Under the pieces are notes generated by a model. That model saw only the letters and a program-made list of their open reading frames with translations, was not told where the DNA came from and searched no databases. From positions 1,698 to 32,121 of the forward strand of contig JALTLO010000204.1 in NCBI GenBank assembly GCA_027001995.1: DNA of 30,424 bases, written 5' to 3'. Source of the stretch: Planctomycetota bacterium. Its GTDB lineage: Bacteria; Planctomycetota; GCA-002687715; DRQF01. Numbering within the stretch: the stretch's first letter is position 1; every line of letters starts with the position of its first letter. Position numbers and translations under genes: made by a program. Below are positions 8,718-16,890 of the stretch, piece after piece.

Positions 8718-10043
8718 GTGAGCAAAACGACGCTATTACGCAACGGCACATTGATCAGCTTAGAACCACTCAAGCTCGAGAAAATGGACCTCTTGATTGT
8801 CGATGGTCGTGTGGCCGCCAAAGAACCACGCATCCAAGCGCCCAACGATTGTGAAGTCTTGGAATGCCGGGGACGCTACATTCTGCCGGGTTTCGTCGAT
8901 GCCCACAGCCACCTCTATCGTTCCCAAACCTTGGGAATGCCCGTGAGCTACGATCGAACAGATTCAGCAAGAGCCGAAAACACCTTGGAAGACATTCTCA
9001 CGCCAGAAACGATTGTGACTTCTGCTTTCGCCGGAAGTATGGACGCCTTGAGCTTGGGCACCACCACCCTCATCGACCTCCACCAATCCAACAACCAAAT
9101 CAGCGGTTCATTGAGTTTGGTTCGAGACACAGTCCTCACCGTTGGACTTCGTTTGGTGAGCGGCTTTGAATGTGACGCCGCCAAATCCGACGACTCTTTC
9201 GACAGCGCCATTCGAGAAAACGAACGATTCTGCGCCGACAATCGAACGGAGAGAGTTCGTGGCATTTTCGGCCTAGGAAACTTGAACGCCACCACTGACG
9301 AGCAACTTGAAACGATTGTCAAGGCCATTCAGAATTCGGGTTGTGGCATCCAAATCAGTTGCATTGAAAACGAGGAATCCCGAGACGCCTCTCAAACTCA
9401 GTATGGCAAGACTGCAATCGAGCGCCTCGCCGCATTCGATTTACTCAACCCAAAGACCATCGTAAACTACCGCGGCTCCATGAGCCCAAAAGATGCTGAT
9501 ATTGTCCGGGCAAGACAAGCGTGGGTCATTCATACACCGAGCGCCGATGCTTTGAGTGGACGACCTGCACAGAGCTTTGAAGATTATGGCTACTTCGCTG
9601 CCCTCGGCTCTGGAGGATGCCGCAGCAACCTCTTCGCCGAAGGACGGGCTGCTTTTCTCCAGGGTCGAGCCCGTCAAGCCAACATCAACCCCATGGATGT
9701 CATCCGCATGATTGTCGGAGGGCAGCAACTTGGTTCAGAACTTCTTGGGCTCGAATTGGGCTCGACCAATCGCGATGCAGGCGCTGACTTCATGATCCTC
9801 AACTATCATGCCCGCACTCCTTTGACCCCGGAAACCCTCCCGGCTCATTTGACTTTTGGCATGGGTCCAGAACACATCACCTCCGTCATGATTGACGGCG
9901 AGATTGTCTATCGCTCAGGTGGCTTCCCCGACATCGACATGCGTCAACTGACGCCTCTCATGCGAAAGGGAGCAGAAAACATCTGGCAGTCTCTCAATCA
10001 AACTCTGGAGCCAGCAGAAGTCAACATCGGGATGGAAAACTAA
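8718..10043 (+). CDS. Amidohydrolase superfamily protein (SsnA/AtzA/MtaD-like), metal site apparently degenerate
   Basis: 'LLRNGTL...DLLIVDGRV...GRYILPGFVDAHSH', GTTTLID, C-terminal 'GADFMIL...VMIDGEIV'. Confidence 0.85.
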   Translation: MSKTTLLRNGTLISLEPLKLEKMDLLIVDGRVAAKEPRIQAPNDCEVLECRGRYILPGFVDAHSHLYRSQTLGMPVSYDRTDSARAENTLEDILTPETIVTSAFAGSMDALSLGTTTLIDLHQSNNQISGSLSLVRDTVLTVGLRLVSGFECDAAKSDDSFDSAIRENERFCADNRTERVRGIFGLGNLNATTDEQLETIVKAIQNSGCGIQISCIENEESRDASQTQYGKTAIERLAAFDLLNPKTIVNYRGSMSPKDADIVRARQAWVIHTPSADALSGRPAQSFEDYGYFAALGSGGCRSNLFAEGRAAFLQGRARQANINPMDVIRMIVGGQQLGSELLGLELGSTNRDAGADFMILNYHARTPLTPETLPAHLTFGMGPEHITSVMIDGEIVYRSGGFPDIDMRQLTPLMRKGAENIWQSLNQTLEPAEVNIGMEN

Positions 10044-10070
10044 CCAAATAGACCACTGAGACACCCGCAC

Positions 10071-10769
10071 ATGGCCACCATAAGACTCATCCTGAAAGTC
10101 ACTTCTTGGATTGCCCTGGCAGTGGGTTTGGTCTGGAGCGGCAAAGTCACGGCCGACGACTTCAAAGAGAAACCCAAGGCCGTCGTTGCCCCGGCAATTG
10201 TTGATCTCAGCGAAGTTCGGACCTTCAACCAATCAATCGCAAAAGCTGGAGAAGTTCCGGTGTGGTTTGCCTTAGGTGGTTTGTCCGGTCGGGCCTTGGA
10301 GAATGCCGACCTTATCTTGAGTGACTTGAAGTCCGATTACGACGCATCAATTTTAGAAGTTCGCTATGGCTTAGAAACATCCTTCCCCGCAGACCACAAC
10401 TGGCGAATCAAAGTCTCTGAGATGGCGTTTTCGGACGGGGGTTCCCTTTTCAAAGAAGAGAACCCACTGCTTTTCTTAGGCCAAAGCACCCTCTCGTTTT
10501 CGGCCCCCGGTACTTACAAATTCGACGTCCGTTTCCTTGATCCCAAGAGCAGCCAAGTCAGCCAAGAAGATGTCTTCGAGGAATTCGACTTTCACCTCGT
10601 CATTGGCAATCAAACCGAGGACATTCAGCTCTTCACCGCTGAGGATTCTCATCCTGGCCTTTTGCTTCTGGCTGGCATGTTCGGCGTTTTCATCCACCTC
10701 TTCTTGATTGTCATCCATTTCATCGTTCCTCTCCAAGATGCCATCCCCATGGACGAAATCGAAATTTGA
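10071..10769 (+). CDS. Exported protein with signal peptide, Ig-like beta domain and C-terminal TM anchor
   Basis: N-terminal signal sequence; 'APGTYKFDVRF'; C-terminal hydrophobic helix LLLLAGMFGVFIHLFLIVIHFIV. Confidence 0.7.
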   Translation: MATIRLILKVTSWIALAVGLVWSGKVTADDFKEKPKAVVAPAIVDLSEVRTFNQSIAKAGEVPVWFALGGLSGRALENADLILSDLKSDYDASILEVRYGLETSFPADHNWRIKVSEMAFSDGGSLFKEENPLLFLGQSTLSFSAPGTYKFDVRFLDPKSSQVSQEDVFEEFDFHLVIGNQTEDIQLFTAEDSHPGLLLLAGMFGVFIHLFLIVIHFIVPLQDAIPMDEIEI

Positions 10770-10803
10770 AGGAAGACGGACCCAACCGTTCCGTCCAAGT
10801 TGA

Positions 10804-12423
10804 ATGTCAAACACATCATTGCATTTCGGAACACTTCTTGCTCTCCTACTATTGGCACTCCCCAGCCATGCCCAATCCGGCAAGAACCCCAAGGAAGGCG
10901 ATAAAAAGAAGCCTATTTCTGTCGTGCCCCAAACCGGAGCCATCTACCACAGTCGTTGGCAGCATCCGAGAATAGGCTTTCGTAACCCAGACGGCTCAGA
11001 CGCTCTGATTTTGCACTTCCCCGATGCGAAAGCCGTCAACTTCGCTGATCCCAAATGGCACCTCTCCCAGATCGAAGCCATGATGGAAACGGAGATCGAT
11101 TTCTTCTTGCCTGTCTTTGCCTTCCACAAGATTTACCAGAAAGCGCGTGTTAACGAGCACAATGAGACCAGCCTACGGGCCCTCATCAAAGCCCTGACTA
11201 CAATCATCAAAGGGGGAGGAAGACCACCACATGTCGCCATGTTTTTGGACACCAGTTTCTTAGACAATGGGGGCATGTCCCAGAAGCCAGACATGGCCAA
11301 GAAAAACGCTCACCTGGTTTTGCTGGAATCGATCTTCAAGTTCTATGACATTTTACCGAAACAACTACGCTTTACGGCAAGCGGCTATCCTGTCATCGTT
11401 GTCGACTCCTCTTTGGGCCGCAACCACAACACGGACCTTTTCAATCAGGTCTCCGACGCGTTTTTGCTGCGCTACAAGTCACGCCCCTGGATCATCACCG
11501 AAAAATCCTGGCAAGTTGCTTCGACTGCTCGTTGGCAAAAAGGTGCTGCCCTCTATGGGCCTCAAAGCGCTCTCGATGTTCAAAGCATCGGCCCGGGATA
11601 CGACGATACGAGGACTCCCAAGCGAGGTACGCCCATTCGCAAGCGGGAAGATGGTCGTTTCTATGCCTGGTCTTGGAATAAGATATTACTCAGTAATCCG
11701 ACTTTGATCTTGATCGAGAGTTGGAATGACTTTGCCAATGGTACCGGCATCGCTGACAGCCAAGAATATGGACATATTTATATGGACTTGACCCGGCGGT
11801 TCATCGGTCGTTTGAAAAATCACATCCTCCCAGACCGCAAGAAACCGGTGCGCTTGGCTCACCCGGACCCGATCCCTCGACCGGACAAAGGCTGGTGGCA
11901 CACCCAAGGCATTAAAGACCGTGTCTTCTTCGTTGCCAAACAGCACCGAAGCGATTTTGGTTATGGATTGCGGCTCGGAAGAGTCGATGACGGTTCATTT
12001 CGGCGCACTAAGACCGCTGGAATTTCCACCATCACCCCAACAGGAAAAGACAGCACCGAAAGTTATCTCTATTTCGGAATCGCAGACGAGTTTGCCTACC
12101 GCATTGGGGGAAGCTACGAGATCGAAGTCATCGTGCATCCAGCCACCAAAGGAGAGCTCACTTTGCAGTACGATTCATGGGACCGATCAAGCCCTATCGC
12201 TGGTGCCTACAAGAGCACGCCGAAGGTCAGTTTGACTGGACCTAAGTCCGGGAAGAATCGCCTGATCTACACTTTGCCAGATCCCCGTTTCGGCAACCGC
12301 CAAAACGGAGGCACTGATTTTCGCCTAGCCTTCAGAGGCGACAACTTTGCCATCATTGGTTTGCAAGCCCGGCGCTTGCCCAAGAAGCTTATGACGACCA
12401 AAGCCAAAGTTGAGCTTCGTTAG
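10804..12423 (+). CDS. Exported GH99/GH71-like (DUF5010-like) TIM-barrel protein with C-terminal beta-sandwich
   Basis: Signal peptide ending SHA-Q; 'MMETEIDFFLP', 'MFLDT', 'IGPGYDD', 'REDGRFY', 'ESWNDFANGTGI', 'EYGHIYMDLT'; C-terminal 'YLYFGIAD...LQYDS...FGNRQNGGTDFR'. Confidence 0.7.
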   Translation: MSNTSLHFGTLLALLLLALPSHAQSGKNPKEGDKKKPISVVPQTGAIYHSRWQHPRIGFRNPDGSDALILHFPDAKAVNFADPKWHLSQIEAMMETEIDFFLPVFAFHKIYQKARVNEHNETSLRALIKALTTIIKGGGRPPHVAMFLDTSFLDNGGMSQKPDMAKKNAHLVLLESIFKFYDILPKQLRFTASGYPVIVVDSSLGRNHNTDLFNQVSDAFLLRYKSRPWIITEKSWQVASTARWQKGAALYGPQSALDVQSIGPGYDDTRTPKRGTPIRKREDGRFYAWSWNKILLSNPTLILIESWNDFANGTGIADSQEYGHIYMDLTRRFIGRLKNHILPDRKKPVRLAHPDPIPRPDKGWWHTQGIKDRVFFVAKQHRSDFGYGLRLGRVDDGSFRRTKTAGISTITPTGKDSTESYLYFGIADEFAYRIGGSYEIEVIVHPATKGELTLQYDSWDRSSPIAGAYKSTPKVSLTGPKSGKNRLIYTLPDPRFGNRQNGGTDFRLAFRGDNFAIIGLQARRLPKKLMTTKAKVELR

Positions 12424-12476
12424 CGACTCTCGGCGGGGCTCTCTCCTGGGATTTGAGTGCCCTTGCGACCCCAAGA

Positions 12477-12510
12477 ATTGAGCCTCGTTTCTTGCGAAAC
12501 GAGGCTCAAT
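12477..12510. terminator. Perfect 15-bp hairpin between convergent genes (probable bidirectional terminator)
   Basis: ATTGAGCCTCGTTTC-TTGC-GAAACGAGGCTCAAT; the loop reads GCAA (GNRA) on the minus strand. Confidence 0.8.
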
Positions 12511-12530
12511 AATTACTTCAGGAACTTGGC

Positions 12531-15500
12531 TTACTTGCGTTTGTTCAAGCGAGCATTGCGGCGATCATCTCGCGCTTGTTCCAAAGTCTTAAGGACCGTG
12601 CCATTCTCGTTGGCGGCGTCCTGGCTCGGTGTGCCGTCTGAGTTAAGCAAACCACTCTTGATCATGACATCCTGCAAACCTGGAAGAGCTGGCATGAATG
12701 GACGATCGCTGATGGTGGGACGGAAAGCCGTATTTGGAACGATGGCGCTGTGCTCTTCCATTCCACGACGAAGACCATTCACAACCCAGCTAATCTGAAC
12801 TGTACTGCGTCCATCGAAGAGTTCACGCACAACAAAACCATCCCGGGTCAGTTCCGCAATAGGAGCATAAAGGCCAGCGCAGTCACCCATAGGTGTCAGG
12901 TGAACACTCAGGCCATTTTTCGATGCTGCCAAACGGAAGCTTTCAGGCAACTCCACACGAACGAAACCATCCACCATTTTGGCAGTACCACGGGCATAGA
13001 GGCCATTTTCAGGACCTTCTAAGCAACGGTACTTAATCATCAGGCTTGGATCATTGGGATGAGGTTGGACAAAACTCTTCGTCACACCGGCGACATCGCC
13101 TGTGCTCCCTAAGAGCTGAATCGAAGAAGCACCATCGCTGTAAACTTCCAAGATTCCGTCATCCATACCAACGGCCGATGCTGGATCCCGTCCCATGGTC
13201 ACAAGTGATTTGAGACCAGTGACATCCGAGACGGCAACTGTGCCATGACCACTGCCATCAGCGGTAGCAACAAAAACTTCATCAGTGGCACCGGGAGTTT
13301 GAGCAACAAGGCGGCCGTCTGTTGAAACCAAGTCGTTAACAGCAATGACATCATTCATAGCTGAAACATCTGTGGTGGCAGAGACATTGTTTCCAGAGAT
13401 ATCACCTGTGGCGGTGACGTTTCCGTTGGAGCCATCTAAGGTCACGGTGTTGGCACCTGATCCGGAGACCATGTTACCGGGGGCGGTGATGTTTCCAGTG
13501 ACGGCATCCAAGCTGATGGTGTTGCCACCACTACCAGCCACAACACTGCCAACTGCGGTGACACCGCCGGTGGCGGCATCCAAGACGACCGTATTGCCAC
13601 CATTGCCAGCAGTGATATCACCGGTAGCAGTCATGTTACCAGTGGTATTCAAAGTGGGCGTGGTCAGGACGCCAGTGACACCGTCCATGGTGATCGAGTT
13701 AGCGCCACCACCAACAGCAAGCGTCGCGGCGGAACCGTCAAGGCTGACTGCCAAAGCACCAGTTCCAAAGCTCGTTGCCCCGCTAACAGCGTTCATGGTA
13801 ATACCCGTTGCACCTGAGCCAATCGTTGCGATGCCGGTTGCACCATTCAAGTTGATGAGATTCGCACCACCACCAACGGAGAACGTACCTGCAGCACTAT
13901 CGAGGCTAACAGCCATCGCACCGGTGCCGAAGCTGGTTGCACCGGTCACAGCATTAAAGCTGATTCCCGTTGCGCCAGAGCCAATGGTTGCGATACCAGT
14001 TGAGCCATTTAGGTTGATGAGGTTAGCGCCGGTTCCCAAAGCCACGGCACCATTGGCGCCGTCAATGCCTACGGCATTGGCACCGCCACCAACCGAGAGT
14101 GTTCCCGCGCTGCTGTCGAGGCTGATAGCCATGGCACCGGTACCAAAGCTTGATGCTCCGGAAACTGCATTGAAAGAGATCCCCGTGGCTCCAGAGCCAA
14201 TTGTTCCGGTTCCGCTCGCTCCATCGAAGGCCACTGCGTTAGCGCCGGTTCCGATCGCTGCGGTGCCATTGGTTCCGTCGAAACTCACGCCATTGGCACC
14301 GGTTCCGATGGTTGCTGTGATGGCAGCAGAATCAAAACTGATGGCTGAAGCCCCAGCACCAACCGTCACAGAGGGAGTCTCTGAGTCGAGGATGATTTGC
14401 TCAACCCCAGCAGAATCGAAGACGGAAAGATAACCCGTTCCGTCTGGTGCTGCACCGCCCTTTTCGCCGCTGGTTACCAGGAGGTTGGTGTTACTTTGAT
14501 CGAAGAGGTCAAGAACATTCGCTGCACCAGCTGCACCGTTTCCAGTCAAGGATGCGGCCCGGGTCAGAGAGTTACCGGTGAGAAGACCAGTAGCGCCAGC
14601 CAAGTTGATTCCGACATTACCAGCGGTTGGATCGGCACCCGCAAGCACATCACCAGCAGGGGTCAAAACGTTGCCGCTCATCAAAGTAACGTCGCCAGTG
14701 GCGGCGTCCAAAGTGATTTGATTCGCTCCACCGTTGCCAGCAACCACATTGAGGTCAGCCAGCAAACTGCCGTTGGTGATGAAATCGCTCATGGCTGTGA
14801 TATTGTTGCCGGTGATGTCACCGGTGGCAACCACCTCACCCATGGACGTGGTGTTGAGAGAGACCGTATTGCCCCCTGTTCCGAAGGTACCAGAAGTACC
14901 AAAGGAACCAGCGCCTGTGGCGGTCACGTTACCACTGGCCAAGTTGTTAATGTTGACGGTGTTAGCCCCAGTTCCGAAACCACCACTGCCATTGAACTGA
15001 GCCGAACCTGTGGCTGTGATGCTCCCTGAGGAAGCATTGTTGATGGAAACCGTGTTGACACCAGTTCCGAAGGAACCGGCGCCATTGGCGTTCACATCCC
15101 CCGTGGCGTCAACATTACCGGTGGCGCCATTGTTCAGAACAACAGTGTTGGCTCCGGTACCGTAGTTTCCGGCACCTTGAGCATTCACGTCTCCCGTGGC
15201 ATTCACATCACCCGTGGCATCAACATCGCCACTTCCTGCATTGTTCAGAGTCACGGTGTTGCCACCAGTACCGAATACGCCATTGCCATCAAATGCGGCT
15301 GAGCCCGTACCGGCGACGCTGCCGCTGGAAGCACTGTTGATTGTGACGGTATTCGCGCCAGAACCGAAATTACCGGCTCCTGTGGCAGTCACGTCACCGC
15401 TGGCGGCACTATTGAGATTGACTGTGTTAGCCCCAGTGCCGAACGAGCCGGCCCCGTCGGCATTCACATCACCCGTTGCCGTGACGTCGCCTGAGGCCCC

Positions 15501-16436
15501 GCCGCTGTTCAATGTGACCGTATTAGCCCCAGTTCCGAACGTACCGACACCGTTGGCGTCGAGGTTGCCCGTTCCTCCGGTGATGGTCACAGAAGCAACA
15601 CCAGCCCCGTTGTGAGCTGTCATCGTGCCATTGGCACCATCGAGGGTGACTGCAGGCACTTCTGCATTGGCTGTTCCATCGAAAAGCGTCAATCGAGGTG
15701 CCAATGAACCAGGATCCCGACCATCAACGCGGAATCGTGTCCGATTGTTAGCAAAGTTATTGTCATAATCCGTGACCGCATCAAAGTCTGGCTGTGTACC
15801 GTTGGTCACGTCAAAAATTTCGATAACCCCAATGCCATTGATAGTTCCACCGCCCACATCTGTGTCCCGGCAGAAACTACGATAGACGTAGGGAATTTCT
15901 TGAACTTCATCCATGTTCGGGTCCATGGGGTCCACTTCGTTGCAGGATAGAATGAAAGCATCGTCGGCCTTCAAAACGCCTGACAGCGACGTTGCACGAA
16001 CCAAACCGCGCAGAGCACGGGAGAATGTCAATGGCTCATCCGTGTCCGGATCCTTCAAGAATGCCGGCAGGTTTTCATCGACAACGCGATCGTTCAAAGA
16101 TGTAAACGGATCCGTGACCCGGGCAAGCTCCGGGGAAAGGATGACATTAAGTCGATTCAGAGCATCTTGAACATTTGTCACGCCAAAAAGTGCTGGCGGG
16201 ACATCAATATTGACTGAACCCGGTGTTGGACTGCCCAGGGCGCCTGTGATGAGCTCCCCGGCGCCATCCACGCTCAAAGGAGTAAATGATATTGTTCCCG
16301 ATGTAGAAGTCGGCAATTGCTGACCACTGCCCCCTCCACCACCACAAGTCACAACTAAACCAATGCCGGTCAAGAAACCAACAAACAACAAGCAGAGCTG
16401 CCCGTATTCCTTGGCCTTGCTACGAAGAAATGCCAT
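12531..16436 (-). CDS. Large Gly/Ala/Thr/Asn-repeat surface fibre or adhesin-like protein, probable lipoprotein
   Basis: AGGAGG SD; signal peptide ending LVVT-CGGGGGSG; NVQDAL motif; three repeat classes; C-terminal KSFVQPHP...LEGPENGLYARG domain. Confidence 0.85.
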   Translation of the reverse strand: MAFLRSKAKEYGQLCLLFVGFLTGIGLVVTCGGGGGSGQQLPTSTSGTISFTPLSVDGAGELITGALGSPTPGSVNIDVPPALFGVTNVQDALNRLNVILSPELARVTDPFTSLNDRVVDENLPAFLKDPDTDEPLTFSRALRGLVRATSLSGVLKADDAFILSCNEVDPMDPNMDEVQEIPYVYRSFCRDTDVGGGTINGIGVIEIFDVTNGTQPDFDAVTDYDNNFANNRTRFRVDGRDPGSLAPRLTLFDGTANAEVPAVTLDGANGTMTAHNGAGVASVTITGGTGNLDANGVGTFGTGANTVTLNSGGASGDVTATGDVNADGAGSFGTGANTVNLNSAASGDVTATGAGNFGSGANTVTINSASSGSVAGTGSAAFDGNGVFGTGGNTVTLNNAGSGDVDATGDVNATGDVNAQGAGNYGTGANTVVLNNGATGNVDATGDVNANGAGSFGTGVNTVSINNASSGSITATGSAQFNGSGGFGTGANTVNINNLASGNVTATGAGSFGTSGTFGTGGNTVSLNTTSMGEVVATGDITGNNITAMSDFITNGSLLADLNVVAGNGGANQITLDAATGDVTLMSGNVLTPAGDVLAGADPTAGNVGINLAGATGLLTGNSLTRAASLTGNGAAGAANVLDLFDQSNTNLLVTSGEKGGAAPDGTGYLSVFDSAGVEQIILDSETPSVTVGAGASAISFDSAAITATIGTGANGVSFDGTNGTAAIGTGANAVAFDGASGTGTIGSGATGISFNAVSGASSFGTGAMAISLDSSAGTLSVGGGANAVGIDGANGAVALGTGANLINLNGSTGIATIGSGATGISFNAVTGATSFGTGAMAVSLDSAAGTFSVGGGANLINLNGATGIATIGSGATGITMNAVSGATSFGTGALAVSLDGSAATLAVGGGANSITMDGVTGVLTTPTLNTTGNMTATGDITAGNGGNTVVLDAATGGVTAVGSVVAGSGGNTISLDAVTGNITAPGNMVSGSGANTVTLDGSNGNVTATGDISGNNVSATTDVSAMNDVIAVNDLVSTDGRLVAQTPGATDEVFVATADGSGHGTVAVSDVTGLKSLVTMGRDPASAVGMDDGILEVYSDGASSIQLLGSTGDVAGVTKSFVQPHPNDPSLMIKYRCLEGPENGLYARGTAKMVDGFVRVELPESFRLAASKNGLSVHLTPMGDCAGLYAPIAELTRDGFVVRELFDGRSTVQISWVVNGLRRGMEEHSAIVPNTAFRPTISDRPFMPALPGLQDVMIKSGLLNSDGTPSQDAANENGTVLKTLEQARDDRRNARLNKRK
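13659..14360 (-). repeat. 13 contiguous 18-aa (54-nt) coding repeats, consensus G[TSG]GAxx[IV]x[FL][DN]xxxGxxx[IFV]
   Basis: Counted directly from the translation, GAGASAISFDSAAITATI through GGGANSITMDGVTGVLTT. Confidence 0.9.
14810..15546 (-). repeat. 8 variable-length coding repeats, [FY]G[TS]GxNTVx[LI]N..SGxVxATG
   Basis: Counted from the translation; unit length varies through insertion of ~6-aa GDVNAx sub-units. Boundaries approximate. Confidence 0.85.
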
Positions 16437-16592
16437 ATCGTCCCTCCTGACGCAGGTAATTCACCTTCAAAAGGCCCAAACCCTGTGATGCCCACCTCGA
16501 CCATCAACAGTCCTGAACCTTGCAACCCAGGGCGAATCTGCCGCCCAAGGTCAATTCTGCCTTCGAAAAAAAAACGTACCTTTTCGTTCGCG

Positions 16593-16620
16593 ACTATAAA
16601 TCTACCACCGTCCGTGTCAA
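16593..16620 (-). promoter_or_regulatory. Near-consensus sigma70 promoter for the fibre gene
   Basis: Minus strand TTGACA (16620-16615)-16 nt-TATAGT (16598-16593). Confidence 0.7.
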
Positions 16621-16890
16621 GCCTGCCTTTTGCCTTAAAGAATTAAATGGAAAAGACTTCGCGCAAAGGTGCTTGCCAGAATGGGGGCAGCCGTGATAAA
16701 CCCTCAGTATGGAGGTTGGTGGACTCTCAATTGAGAAACCAGCAGCTTTCATATGAGGAAAACGTGCGATTGGGATTTCAGACGAAATCTTGGTCCATGA
16801 AAATTGAAGGCGGTCGTTGGGGCATCAGGCTCTTGGCACCGTGCGCCGTTGAGGAAGTGTTTCTGCCGAATTCCGGCAAAGGGAGAGAAG

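Noticed and set aside
13659..14360. Periodic DNA as a possible CRISPR array
   Set aside because: The units are degenerate, in-frame coding repeats with no identical repeat and unique spacer pattern, and there are no cas genes.
13345..15615. Plus-strand ORFs of 362, 210, 88 and 139 aa with Pro/Val/Ala repeats
   Set aside because: Antisense shadows of the repetitive fibre gene, which has the SD, promoter and signal peptide.
12531..16436. Prophage interpretation of the fibre gene
   Set aside because: It has a signal peptide and a host-type promoter, and no capsid, terminase, tail or integrase genes are nearby.
16505..16560. CTGAACC...GGGCGAATC resembling part of a c-di-AMP riboswitch
   Set aside because: The downstream conserved elements are missing and it lies antisense to the fibre leader.
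16832..16850. TTGGCAC as a sigma54 -24 element before the barrel gene
   Set aside because: No TTGC -12 element at the required spacing.
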